From: a bacterium
GTDB taxonomy: Bacteria > UBA8248
Direction of reading: 5' to 3'
Assembly (NCBI GenBank): GCA_965213685.1
Contig: CBDBZY010000038.1
Span: 1-64,000 of the forward strand
Length of the DNA: 64,000 bases
The notes beneath the pieces are model-generated. The model did no database searches and had not been told where the DNA came from. It saw only the letters and a program-made list of their open reading frames with translations. Position numbers and translations under genes: made by a program. Shown piece by piece: positions 53,251-63,042 of the stretch. Within the stretch, counting starts at the first letter, position 1, and the number at the start of each line of letters is the position of its first letter.

Positions 53251-53644
53251 ATGCGATCCGCCGCCATCGAATTCGATCATGTGCACATCATCAGCAGGGA
53301 CCCGGAGGCCTCCGTGCGCTGGTTCGTCGAGAACCTCGGGGGCGAACGCGGGGAGGGGGGGCGAGGTGCGGGGCGCCCCGCAGATTCCCGTGCGATTCGG
53401 TGGTGCCACCGTCATCGTTCGGGGACAAAGAACAGGGGAGCGCGCGGGGGAGAAAGGCGGGCTCGAGTGGGGGACGGATCATTTCGCCTTTCGGGTGGAG
53501 GGGGATTTTCGCGCCTTTTGCGACGGGCTTCAGGAAAAGGGCGTCCGCTTCACCGTGGCGCCCGTCCAGTTCAACCCGACGACGCAGATCGCCTTCATCG
53601 AGGCGCCCGACGGCGTCAGCATCGAGCTGCTGCAAAGGACATGA
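53251..53644 (+). CDS. VOC/glyoxalase-family protein (apparent indel in G run near 53355)
   Basis: FDHVHIISRD / GTDHFAFRV...FIEAPDGVSIELLQ. Confidence 0.82.
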
Positions 53645-53706
53645 AGACGGCGGGCGTCCACCCCGCCCCGAGAGACGGCGCGGCCCCCTCCTGAGAGGAA
53701 ACTCCG

Positions 53707-54756
53707 TTGCTTCGCCTCGCGCGCGTCATAGCGGCGCACCTCCTGATTATTCTGGCGGCCGGCCCGACCGCCGCGCAGGAGGGGCCTCCTGCAGGCCGCG
53801 GCTCCTTCCCCCCGCCCCCGCCGCTCGGCCTCGACGACGTTCCCGTCCCCGCGCACAACCCCATGACGCGGCCCAAGGCCGAACTCGGAAAATGGCTGTT
53901 CTTCGACAAGCGCCTCTCCGCCGACGGCTCCGTCTCGTGCGCGACCTGCCACATGCCCCGCCGCGGGTTCTCGAACGCGCGCCAGTATGGAGTCGGCGTC
54001 CAGGGCAGGCTCACCCTCCGCAACGTGCCCACGGTGCTCAACGCCGCCTACCACGACGCCCAGTTCTGGGACGGGCGCGCCGGGAGCCTGGAGGAGCAGG
54101 CGCGGGTGCCCATACTCCACCCGAGCGAGATGGCCTCGAGCGAGGCCCGCATCGTGCGGACGCTCGGGGCGATCCCCGGCTATGCGACACAGTTCCGCGA
54201 GGCGTTCGGAAGCCCGGCGATCAGCCTCGAGCGGGTCGTCCAGGCCATCGCCACGTTCGAGCGCACCCTGCTCTCGGGGAATTCCCCGTTTGACCGCTGG
54301 AGGTTCGGGGGCGAGGCGTCCGCGCTGTCCGAACGGGCGATCCGGGGTTTCGGGGTCTTCGCGTCGAAGGGAAATTGCGTGAAATGCCATCTGGCGGATG
54401 CGTTCAGCGCGCCGTTCACGGACGGCAAATTTCACAACACCGGGGTCGGCATGGACAAGACCCCCCTGCAGATCGGACGCGAAGCGGTCACGAAGCGCGT
54501 TCGGGACCGCGGCAAATTCAAGACGCCCACGTTGCGCCACATCGCCCGGACGGCCCCCTACATGCACGACGGCCGCTTTCGCACCCTGGAGGAGGTCGTG
54601 GAGTTCTACGACAGGGGCGGACACCCCAACCCCCACCTCGACCCCGACGTGAGGCCCCTGGGGCTCACGGACGCGGAAAAAAAAGACATGGTCGCCTTCC
54701 TGCGCACCCTGGAGGGCGACCTCCCGGAAATACGGGCGCCCGCGCTGCCGAGATGA
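53707..54756 (+). CDS. Diheme cytochrome c peroxidase / MauG family
   Basis: LGKWLFFDKRLS, CATCH, QFWDGRA, CVKCH, FKTPTLR, PYMHDG. Confidence 0.92.
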   Translation: MLRLARVIAAHLLIILAAGPTAAQEGPPAGRGSFPPPPPLGLDDVPVPAHNPMTRPKAELGKWLFFDKRLSADGSVSCATCHMPRRGFSNARQYGVGVQGRLTLRNVPTVLNAAYHDAQFWDGRAGSLEEQARVPILHPSEMASSEARIVRTLGAIPGYATQFREAFGSPAISLERVVQAIATFERTLLSGNSPFDRWRFGGEASALSERAIRGFGVFASKGNCVKCHLADAFSAPFTDGKFHNTGVGMDKTPLQIGREAVTKRVRDRGKFKTPTLRHIARTAPYMHDGRFRTLEEVVEFYDRGGHPNPHLDPDVRPLGLTDAEKKDMVAFLRTLEGDLPEIRAPALPR

Positions 54757-54798
54757 GGCGCCGGAGGGGCGAGGGAGAGAGAGGAGGGAGGCTCATTA

Positions 54799-55233
54799 TT
54801 AATCCTTCAGCGGGTCTCTGGGGTCGTCCACGAACGTCGTGCCCGCCGCCTCCTTGTTGGGCATGCCGCCGTAGGTGAATATCAGTTCCGCGGGCGCGGT
54901 CATACTCGGGTTCTCCTGGCCGTGAACGCACCCGCGGGGGAAATACACGAAATGGCCGACGGGCACCTCTTTTCGGGCGATCTCCTCCCCCTCTTTCCAG
55001 TAAATGTTGATCGGACCTTTCACCACATAAATCGTGGTGTCGCAGTTCTTGTGAAAGTGCAGCCCGTTGCGCCCGCGCGGAGGGATGATGGTCCTCCCCA
55101 TGGTGATGGTGCCCGTCCCGGTCGTCTCCCGGTTCACCCCCCAGCGGATGTCGTAGGGAGGCTCGTAGGCCTTGTCCTCGTCCACGTCGAGAGAGTTGAT
55201 CACCTTTGGTATGGGCAGCAAATCCGCCATCAT
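54799..55233 (-). CDS. Cupin-domain protein
   Basis: HFH, PRGCVH. Confidence 0.8.
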   Translation of the reverse strand: MMADLLPIPKVINSLDVDEDKAYEPPYDIRWGVNRETTGTGTITMGRTIIPPRGRNGLHFHKNCDTTIYVVKGPINIYWKEGEEIARKEVPVGHFVYFPRGCVHGQENPSMTAPAELIFTYGGMPNKEAAGTTFVDDPRDPLKD

Positions 55234-55326
55234 GTTCCCTCCTCAGATACGGAATCCGCGTCATCCACCATCCACGTCATCCATCATGCACATGACCAAA
55301 TCATTATCATGAAAGCCTCTCGCCAC

Positions 55327-56568
55327 TCATCCGCCGCCCCCGCCGCGGGGCGGGTCGGTCCACGAAACGACGTTCTTCTCCCGCAAATCCTCCAGCTCCG
55401 GGGGGGCGATGCCCAGCAGGTCTCCGAGAACCTCCCGCGTATGCTCGCCCAGATAGGGTGCCCGCGTGAATTTCATGTCGGCCCCGGGCAGCCGGATGGG
55501 CGGTCCCAGGAGCCGCATCGCACCCGCCACGGGGTGTGCCACCTCCACGATCATCTCCCGCGCCAGCACCTGCGGGTCCTCCATCGCCTCGGCCACGGTG
55601 TTCACCGGCGCGAACGGAACGAACCCCTGGAGGAGGGAGGTCCACTCCGCGTTCGTTTTTTTCCGGAACTCGCGCTTCAGGATGTCCAGCAAGACCTCCC
55701 GGTTATCGAAGCGATCCCGGGTCGTGCGGAAGCGGGGGTCCCCGGCCAACTCCGCCCTGCCCATCCGCTCCACGAGGATGGGGAAAAAATCATGCTTGAG
55801 GCAAAGCACGCTCACCCAGCCGTCTTCGGTCTGAAAATTCTGTGCCGGCACCAGGGAGGGATGCGCGCTCTGGGAGAATTTCTGGGGGACGTAGCCGCAG
55901 TTCAGCGCCCAGGTGGCCATATAGGCGAGCTGGACGAGCGCGCCATCCATCAGCGCCACGTCAACGTCGCGTCCCCTGCCCGTTCGACCCGCCTCCCACA
56001 GCGCGGACAACAGCCCCACGAGCGCGATGAATCCGCCCGAGAAATCCACGAAGCTCACGCCCGCCTTCGTGGGGGGGCCGTCCGGCTCCCCCGTGAGGTT
56101 CATGATGCCGGCGTACGCCTGCATGAGATAGTCATACGCGGGCTCGGGCGCCCTAGGTCCCGTCATCCCGAATCCGGACAGAAAACAGCACACGATTTTC
56201 TCGTTGTAGGGACTCAGGTGCCGGTAGGTGATCCCCAGCTTCTCGGGCGCGGTGCCCCGGCAGTTGGCGAACAGCGCGTCCGCCTCTGCGACGAGCCTGC
56301 GCAGTATCGCCCTTCCCTCCGGCGTGCGAATCCGCAGCGCCACGCTCTTCTTGTTGCGGTTGAACGTCTGGAAATAGTAGCTGTCGTTCTCCGGAAGGGA
56401 ATAGGGGGGAACGGGCCGCGCGGAGTCGCCGCCCACGGCGTGGTCCTCGATTTTGATGACCTCGGCACCCATGTCCGCCAACAGCTGCGAGGCCAGCGGC
56501 CCCGCCCCGAACTGCTCGACCGCCAGGATTCGCAGCCCCTCCAGCGGACGCCCGCCATCCATTCGCAC
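55327..56568 (-). CDS. Family III CoA transferase (CaiB/BaiF)
   Basis: PLEGLRI, LADMGAEVIKIE, NRNKKS, AYD, APYLGEHT. Confidence 0.93.
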   Translation of the reverse strand: MRMDGGRPLEGLRILAVEQFGAGPLASQLLADMGAEVIKIEDHAVGGDSARPVPPYSLPENDSYYFQTFNRNKKSVALRIRTPEGRAILRRLVAEADALFANCRGTAPEKLGITYRHLSPYNEKIVCCFLSGFGMTGPRAPEPAYDYLMQAYAGIMNLTGEPDGPPTKAGVSFVDFSGGFIALVGLLSALWEAGRTGRGRDVDVALMDGALVQLAYMATWALNCGYVPQKFSQSAHPSLVPAQNFQTEDGWVSVLCLKHDFFPILVERMGRAELAGDPRFRTTRDRFDNREVLLDILKREFRKKTNAEWTSLLQGFVPFAPVNTVAEAMEDPQVLAREMIVEVAHPVAGAMRLLGPPIRLPGADMKFTRAPYLGEHTREVLGDLLGIAPPELEDLREKNVVSWTDPPRGGGGG

Positions 56569-56870
56569 GACCTCTCTCTCCAGAAATTTCCGGGCGCGGG
56601 ATTCGACGCATCATGCGGCGTCAGATGCGTTCCCGGGGGCCGACGATGCGCCGGCGCCGGGGCGACATCAACGCCTTCTCCCCCGCAGGATCACGCCGCA
56701 GGAGCGCGCATCCGCGCCCATGAGCATCAGATTAGTGTAAAACGCCGCAAAAGTATATTTGCGGTTTCTCATCCGCCGGGTATTTTGCTAGAATGGCTTT
56801 CCACGTGTTTGATTTTGGAAATATGTCGGATAGGGCTTTCGTCTTTCACAGATGGGGAATCTCCACATCC

Positions 56871-57617
56871 ATGGCCACGAAAATATCGATTCAGAACCTG
56901 CGAAAAATCTATGATACCCCCGAACGGCGGGTTCACGCCCTCGAAGGCGTGAATCTCGACATCGCCGACGGCGAGTTCCTCTGTCTCGTCGGGCTGTCGG
57001 GCTGCGGGAAAACGACGCTGCTGAACATGCTCGCCGGCTTCGTCGAGATTACCGCGGGGCACATCACGCTGGACGGGAGGACGCTTTCGCAAGATTACGA
57101 CAAGGGCGTCGTGTTCCAGGAATACGCCCTGTTCCCCTGGCGCACGGCCAGGCAAAACGTGGAATACGGCCTGGAGATCCGGAAGGTGCCGGAGGAGGAA
57201 CGCAGAAAAATCGCCCTGGATTTTCTGCGCCTCGTGCGCCTGGAGGATTTCGCGGATTTCTTCCCGCACAACCTCTCGGGCGGGATGCGCCAGCGGGTGG
57301 CGGTGGCCCGGGCCATGGCATTTGACCCGCAAGTTCTCCTGATGGATGAGCCGTTCGGCGCACTCGACGCCCAGACGCGCGAGGAATTGCAGGAGCTGAC
57401 CGTCGACGTATGGCAGAAAACGAAAAAGACCATCATCTACGTCACCCACAACCTGAGCGAGGCCGTGTATCTGGGGAACCGAATCGTCGTTTTCGTTCCG
57501 AACCCGGGAAGAATTCGGGAGATCGTGAAAGTGGACCTCCCCAGGCCCAGGGACGATCTCGCGCCCGAGTTCATCCGACTGCAACGACACGTCAACGCTC
57601 TGATTCGTGATTTCTAG
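56871..57617 (+). CDS. NitT/TauT-family ABC ATPase
   Basis: GLSGCGKTT, LSGGMRQR, LMDEPFGALD. Confidence 0.92.
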   Translation: MATKISIQNLRKIYDTPERRVHALEGVNLDIADGEFLCLVGLSGCGKTTLLNMLAGFVEITAGHITLDGRTLSQDYDKGVVFQEYALFPWRTARQNVEYGLEIRKVPEEERRKIALDFLRLVRLEDFADFFPHNLSGGMRQRVAVARAMAFDPQVLLMDEPFGALDAQTREELQELTVDVWQKTKKTIIYVTHNLSEAVYLGNRIVVFVPNPGRIREIVKVDLPRPRDDLAPEFIRLQRHVNALIRDF

Positions 57618-57630
57618 AGAGGAATAACCT

Positions 57631-58557
57631 ATGCAAACCTCCCAGGCAGCGTCCGCTCCCCAGGCGATGGACGAGGTGAAAAAAAAGGTGAGGGTGCCGA
57701 TATGGGTGAAGCTGCGGCCGATCTACCCGTTCATCGTCATCCTGGCGATCTGGCAAATCGCCGCCATGCAGGCACAGGGCAACCAGGGGAGGCTCTTCCC
57801 CACCGTGGACGCCATCGTCTATCGGGCATGGGAGCTGATTACGGGCCCCCTGTTCCGGGCGCTGGCGGAAAACCCGAACCTCGCGTTTGGGGAGCAGCTG
57901 TGGAAGCTCCTGGAGAGCCCGATTCTGCTCCACACCATCAACACCGCGTGGCGTCTGCCGTTCTCGTTTTTGATCGCCGCCGTCGTCGGCACCATCGTGG
58001 GCATACTGATGGGGCGCTTCGCCTTCTGGGAGTCGTTTTTCGTTCCGCTCCTCTCCGTGCTGCTGCCGATTCCGGCCATCGCATGGACGCCCATCGTCGT
58101 CATCTGGTCGGGCATCGGGAACCAGACGGTCATCGTCATCACGGCCTTCGCCTCCTTCCTGCCCATCGCCATGGCCGTCTGGACGGGCGTGAAAACCGTC
58201 AACCCCGTATGGATACGCGCGGCCCAGTCCATGAACGCGGACAAGATGACGATCTTCCGCACCGTCGTTCTGCCGGGCTCGCTGCCGATGATCCTGAGCG
58301 GTCTGCGCATCGGCCTGGCGCGCGCCTGGCGCGCGGGCGTGGGCGCCGAGGCGTTCGCCGGCATCCGCTGGGGGCTTTCCGCCGGCATCTTCGACGCCCA
58401 GGAATACCTTGACATCGCGTTCATGATGGTCGCACTCGCCGTCCTCGGACTTTTCGGCTTCGTCCTCGAAAAAGTGCTCTTCCAGCCCCTCGAAAGCCGC
58501 ACCGTCATCCGCTGGGGCATGATGGAGGCGATGGGCGGCCAGGACAAAAAGGTGTAA
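57631..58557 (+). CDS. NitT/TauT-family ABC permease
   Basis: PIPAIAW, AAQSMNA, VVLPGSLP..LSGLRIG. Confidence 0.9.
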   Translation: MQTSQAASAPQAMDEVKKKVRVPIWVKLRPIYPFIVILAIWQIAAMQAQGNQGRLFPTVDAIVYRAWELITGPLFRALAENPNLAFGEQLWKLLESPILLHTINTAWRLPFSFLIAAVVGTIVGILMGRFAFWESFFVPLLSVLLPIPAIAWTPIVVIWSGIGNQTVIVITAFASFLPIAMAVWTGVKTVNPVWIRAAQSMNADKMTIFRTVVLPGSLPMILSGLRIGLARAWRAGVGAEAFAGIRWGLSAGIFDAQEYLDIAFMMVALAVLGLFGFVLEKVLFQPLESRTVIRWGMMEAMGGQDKKV

Positions 58558-58588
58558 CCACAACCAGACCGCAGAACCGCGCGCGAAA

Positions 58589-58636
58589 CAAGAATTAGAC
58601 CCCCGGGAGCAGAAATTCCCGGGGGTCTAATTCTTG
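58589..58636. terminator. Perfect 20-bp inverted repeat after the permease
   Basis: CAAGAATTAGACCCCCGGGA-8 nt-TCCCGGGGGTCTAATTCTTG. Confidence 0.7.
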
Positions 58637-58798
58637 CCGGCGCCTTTCGTCCCTCCCTCCTCTCTCTCGGCGCCTTTTCGCCTCCGGGGGACGGCGGCCA
58701 CCAGTCCCTCCCCTCCCTCCCCGTGCGAAGAGTTTTGTTTGCATTTCGCCCCCCTCCCCTCCGCCACGCGCGGAGATTTTGTTGGGTTGGGTTGAGTC

Positions 58799-58957
58799 CG
58801 CGCCGCCGCCCCGCGCGCCCTCCCTCGCGCATGAACGCGGATATGGCTGCCGTCGTTGTCCGTCCCGCCTTACAGAACGCGCCGCCGCCCCGCGCGCCCT
58901 CGCGCATGAACACGGGGATATGGCTGCGGTTGTCCGTCCCGCCATTACAGAACGCGC
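58799..58957. repeat. Imperfect ~80-bp tandem duplication
   Basis: CGCGCCGCCGCCCCGCGCGCCCTC...GCATGAAC...GGATATGGCTGC...GTTGTCCGTCCCGCC..TTACAGAAC twice. Confidence 0.85.
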
Positions 58958-59251
58958 GACAGAACCGCGCGGCGGGGGAGTAGTCTTGCGCGCGCGGCGG
59001 CGGTCCGCGCGGAATCCTGAAATCCTGGACGCGACCGCGCTTTTCCTCTCTCACAGAGTCCGCGCGCATCCTCCCTCCTCTCTCTCCCTTTTTCGATGCG
59101 CGACGGGGCGCGTCGGCTGATCATCCGCACCGGGCGGCGGCCGTTCGGGAAAGGCTTGGGGGGCGGGGGCGGTGCGACGCACGAACAGGCCGGGGGGGGG
59201 GGGGGGGGGACCCGCGCGCCCTCACACGCTTCTCCGCGGGATTCCGTCCAC

Positions 59252-59293
59252 AAAAAAACCCTCGGGGGATGATGGGCATCCCCCGAGGGTTTT
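59252..59293 (-). terminator. Intrinsic terminator of the SBP gene (possibly bidirectional)
   Basis: AAAACCCTCGGGGGATG...CATCCCCCGAGGGTTTT with a T7 tail on the minus strand. Confidence 0.8.
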
Positions 59294-59356
59294 CCTTGCT
59301 TGGTACTCGGTGCTTGGCGGCCTGTGCGTGCCGCCGCCGACGCGACCCGCTCAAGC

Positions 59357-60349
59357 CTAGTTGAAGCCGATGTCCTTCGCGGCCTTGCGGAGGATGGAGT
59401 CGTCGAGGAACGGGCTCTTGCGGAAGTCGGGACGGCTCTTGATCCAGCCGAGCTGTATCTGCTTGTCCCCCATCTTGTTCAGATAGTTCCGCACCCTGTC
59501 GTTCAGGAAGATTTCGGACTTCATCTTCTTGACGACCTTGAGCGTGGTGCTCTCCTTGGCCTTGTCGCCGACTTCCTGCAACGCCCTGGTGTAGACCTTG
59601 GCGTAGGTCCCGGGGTCTTTTTTCAGGAGTTGATGCGCCTTCAGCCAGCCCCGGAAGTACTTGTAGTAGAGGTCGGGGTGTTTTTTCATCGTCTGGGGGT
59701 TGCCCACGTGCATCATGCTCGGGTTGTCATATTTGCAGAGATCCTCGAGATACCGGACCAGACCCGCCTCGCGGGCGATCTCCCCCTGGGGCTCGCCTAT
59801 CATGGCAGCCTGGGCGGCGCCGGAGAGCAGGGCGGCGACGCGCTCCGTGGCGCGAACGCTCAGGAGCGGGAAGTCCGAGCTCTTCAGGCCATACGCCGGA
59901 AGAACGAAGGCCTGGAAGGCGAAGTCCGTGCTCGTGCCCTTCTTGTTGGCGAAAACCGAGCCTTTGAGATCGCGCAGGCTCTTCGCCTTGGAGTTCACGG
60001 GCACGATGATGTTGATGGCCTCGCACATGTTGGCCGTCACGCCGATCGCCATCACCCGCGCGCCTTTGGAGATGGCCGTGGTGAAGGGGGAGAAGCCCGT
60101 GGTGCCGGTGTCCAGGTTGTTCTGGATAATGGCGTTACGCATCAGTTTGCCCTGCTTGAAGTGCCCGATCGTGTACTTCAGGCCTTCTTTTTTCCAGTAG
60201 CCCATGCGGTCGGCGATGATCTCGAAGGAACCCCACATGGAGCGGTGCGCACCGATTCGCAGCGTCGCCGAATCGGCCGGCACGGCCGCGGCGAACGTCC
60301 CCGCGACAAATGCGGCGGCCAGTGCGAAACCAACTAGTCTTTTACGCAT
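59357..60349 (-). CDS. NitT/TauT (SsuA/NMT1-like) ABC substrate-binding protein
   Basis: Signal peptide, SLRDLKG, GTSTD, EP motif. Confidence 0.85.
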   Translation of the reverse strand: MRKRLVGFALAAAFVAGTFAAAVPADSATLRIGAHRSMWGSFEIIADRMGYWKKEGLKYTIGHFKQGKLMRNAIIQNNLDTGTTGFSPFTTAISKGARVMAIGVTANMCEAINIIVPVNSKAKSLRDLKGSVFANKKGTSTDFAFQAFVLPAYGLKSSDFPLLSVRATERVAALLSGAAQAAMIGEPQGEIAREAGLVRYLEDLCKYDNPSMMHVGNPQTMKKHPDLYYKYFRGWLKAHQLLKKDPGTYAKVYTRALQEVGDKAKESTTLKVVKKMKSEIFLNDRVRNYLNKMGDKQIQLGWIKSRPDFRKSPFLDDSILRKAAKDIGFN

Positions 60350-60552
60350 CTCTTCTCTCCTCACTTGTAGACAAAGACTCCCTGGGAGACAGGCCCCCCA
60401 GGCATGGCTAGAAGGCGCAGGATGACGACGCGGGGACGTCCTCGGCCCCGGACAATCCATACGCCAGTGACTCGAACAGCGATGATTCGTCGTTCACGTC
60501 CAAAAGGCAACCTCGCCGGCGGCGAACCCGTTTTTTGATGTTCTTTCCCGTC

Positions 60553-60581
60553 ATTATACAACAGAATTGGAATTCCGCCAA
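60553..60581 (-). promoter_or_regulatory. sigma70-type promoter of the SBP gene
   Basis: TTGGCG-17-TATAAT. Confidence 0.55.
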
Positions 60582-60698
60582 AACCCAAATCGTGGAGGCG
60601 GCCGGTTCCCCGGCCCCAGGCTCCGGAACGCGCCCGTCTTCTCGTCTATCCCAACTTGTCTATCCCAGGAGGGCGCGGCTCCGGGCGATTCGGGAAAA

Positions 60699-60775
60699 TG
60701 GCGGGGCTGACGGGACTCGAACCCGCGATCTCTGGCTTGACAGGCCAGCGCGATAACCAACTTCGCTACAGCCCC
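60699..60775 (-). tRNA. tRNA-Asp(GTC)
   Basis: GGGGCTG acceptor, anticodon loop CTGTCAA, TTCGAGT, discriminator G plus CCA. Confidence 0.96.
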
Positions 60776-60874
60776 CTTGGAAGCGTCCTCCGAAGCGTGT
60801 GGGTTTATAGCCCGCCCGCCGGCCCAAGTCAACATCCCCGGTCGACAGAGGCAACTACCCGGGCCTCGCGCCGC

Positions 60875-61915
60875 CTAGCGCATCACCGAGGCGAGCGACT
60901 CCCCCTCCGCCAGGCGGACTATCCCCTTTTCAGTCACCAGGGCGTCCACGAAGCGCGCGGGCGTCACATCGAACGCGGGGTTGAACGCGCGCACGCCCTC
61001 CGGGGCGATGGTCTTGCCGCCGAAGGAGCGTACCTCCTCCTCCGGGCGTTCCTCGATGGGAATGTCCGCGCCCGTCTCGGAGCGCGCGTCGAGGGTGCTC
61101 GTCGGCGCCGCCACGTAAAAGGGCACCCCGTGCGCCCTGGCGAGCACCGCGAGGCCATACGTGCCGATTTTGTTGGCGACATCGCCATTGGCCGCCACGC
61201 GATCCGCCCCCACCACGACGGCGCCGACCTTCCCGAGACTCATGCAGTGCGCGGCCATGCTGTCGGTGATCAGCACGACCGGAATGCCGTCCCGGCCCAG
61301 CTCCCACGCGGTGAGGCGCGCTCCCTGCAGAAAGGGCCGGGTCTCGTCCACGAACACCTCCCGTACCCTCCCGTCCCGAAAGCCGCTGCGAATCACGCCG
61401 CCCGCCGTGCCGTAGCCGGCGGTCGCCAGCCCCCCCGCGTTGCAATGGGTGAGGACGCGGGCGTTCTCCGGCAGCAGGGTCGCGCCGAGGTCGCCTATCG
61501 CGCGGCAAACGGCCACATCCTCCTCGTGCATCCGCCGCGCGAGGCGGAGGAGGTCCCGCGCCAGCGGCCCGGGGGCGCGGGCACAGCCCCGAACCCGCGC
61601 GCTCATCTTGTCGATCGCCCAAAAGAGATTCACCGCCGTGGGGCGCGCAGCACCCAGCGTCCGCGCCGCCCGCTCGAGCGCCCGGCGCTGCGCGTCCGCG
61701 CCCAAACGCTCGTGGCGGGCCGCCGCCAGCGCCATGCCGTAGCCCGCCGCCACGCCGATGGCGGGCGCGCCGCGCACCACCATGTCCGCGATGGCGCGGG
61801 CCACCTCGTCCTCCGTGCGGCACGCGACATAGACCTCTTCATGGGGAAGTTTTCTCTGGTCGATGAACACGACCGCGCCATCGCGGAACGCGACGGTGTG
61901 GAACTCGCCCGCCAT
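60875..61915 (-). CDS. mtnA: S-methyl-5-thioribose-1-phosphate isomerase
   Basis: DQRKLP, VRGAPAIG, RPTAVNL, THCNAG, ETRP, NKIGTY, NPAFDVTP. Confidence 0.96.
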   Translation of the reverse strand: MAGEFHTVAFRDGAVVFIDQRKLPHEEVYVACRTEDEVARAIADMVVRGAPAIGVAAGYGMALAAARHERLGADAQRRALERAARTLGAARPTAVNLFWAIDKMSARVRGCARAPGPLARDLLRLARRMHEEDVAVCRAIGDLGATLLPENARVLTHCNAGGLATAGYGTAGGVIRSGFRDGRVREVFVDETRPFLQGARLTAWELGRDGIPVVLITDSMAAHCMSLGKVGAVVVGADRVAANGDVANKIGTYGLAVLARAHGVPFYVAAPTSTLDARSETGADIPIEERPEEEVRSFGGKTIAPEGVRAFNPAFDVTPARFVDALVTEKGIVRLAEGESLASVMR

Positions 61916-62132
61916 CTCCCCGCTCTCGGCCATCCTTCTTTGCGGGTTCACGGCTTTACCTCATGCGCGCGATTTCAGCCTGCGGCACAGCGCGCCCCGC
62001 CAACCCGCCGGCGGGGCGGTCAGCCGCGCCCGCAGAACGCCCTCGCGCGTTCCCCCGGGGTGCGCGTCCTGGAGGATCGCGGCTGGCCCCACGCCTCGGA
62101 ACGGCCCCCGTCTTCCTCCTCTCGGAGGCGAA

Positions 62133-62696
62133 TCACGACCCGTCGCCCTCGGCTTTTTGATTCAGCTTGACGACGTTTTCGCTCTCGTCCTCGCCCAGCA
62201 GGTTGGCGAGGTCCACCCCCAGGCGTCTGCTCTCCCCCTCCAGACTGCGGATGTGGGAGCGAAACATCTCGCAAAGGTCGACGAGGAGCTTGTCCCGCAA
62301 CCGCACCAGATTCGACACTTCGTCCCGCAGCCTCGCGGATTCCCTGTCGGCGTCCGCGCGAATCTCCTCCGCCTGGGAGCCGGCCTCCCGAAGAATCCGG
62401 GCGGCGTCCTCCTCCGCCTGGCGCATGGCATCCTGCGCCCTCTCCTGGGCCTCGTCGCGCAGCTCGTTCACGGAGATGAGGGCTTTCTGCAGGTTGTCAT
62501 GGTCTTTTTTCAAATCATTGAACTGCTCGAAGAGGTTCGTGCATTGCTGGGTCAGCTCCTCGTTCTGGCGGACGAGCCCGTCCACCTGGCTGCCCGCCGT
62601 GAGCAAGAACGCATCCACCTCGAGAGGGTGGTAGCCTCTCATCTTCATCGGAAATTTTCGGTTTCGGATATCGTTGCCGGTGAATTTCAAGGGCAC
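62133..62696 (-). CDS. divIVA: DivIVA-domain protein
   Basis: DIRNRKF...RGY...EVDAFL followed by coiled coil; yggS-proC-yggT context. Confidence 0.88.
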   Translation of the reverse strand: MPLKFTGNDIRNRKFPMKMRGYHPLEVDAFLLTAGSQVDGLVRQNEELTQQCTNLFEQFNDLKKDHDNLQKALISVNELRDEAQERAQDAMRQAEEDAARILREAGSQAEEIRADADRESARLRDEVSNLVRLRDKLLVDLCEMFRSHIRSLEGESRRLGVDLANLLGEDESENVVKLNQKAEGDGS

Positions 62697-62715
62697 ATCC
62701 CCGAAAGGCGGTGAG

Positions 62716-63012
62716 TCAGCGCAACATTCTGGCCATGTCGAACATACTTTGCACCAGGAAATTTTGCAAAAAGAATATGACCAATATCACGACAATCGGG
62801 CTGAGATCGACGCCGCCGGGGTTCGGCATCCGGTAGCGAATCGGCGCCAGCACCGGCTCGGTCAGGCGATACAATATCTGAACGATGGGGTTATACGGGT
62901 CCGGACTCACCCACGACAAAAGCGCGCGAATGATGATGACCCAGATATAGATGGAGAGCAGCCAGCTGAGGATGACGGCGACGCCGTTCATAAAGTTCGC
63001 TATCAGGAACAT
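62716..63012 (-). CDS. yggT: YggT-family membrane protein
   Basis: LLSWVSPDPYNPIV, TEPVLAPIR, GVDLSP. Confidence 0.92.
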   Translation of the reverse strand: MFLIANFMNGVAVILSWLLSIYIWVIIIRALLSWVSPDPYNPIVQILYRLTEPVLAPIRYRMPNPGGVDLSPIVVILVIFFLQNFLVQSMFDMARMLR

Positions 63013-63042
63013 CGGACGGCTCCCGCTTCCAGGGGCTGCAGG

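Noticed and set aside
47604-53644. Frameshifted VOC genes as recoding events
   Set aside because: Each is a single extra base in a C or G run, matching the assembly's error pattern.
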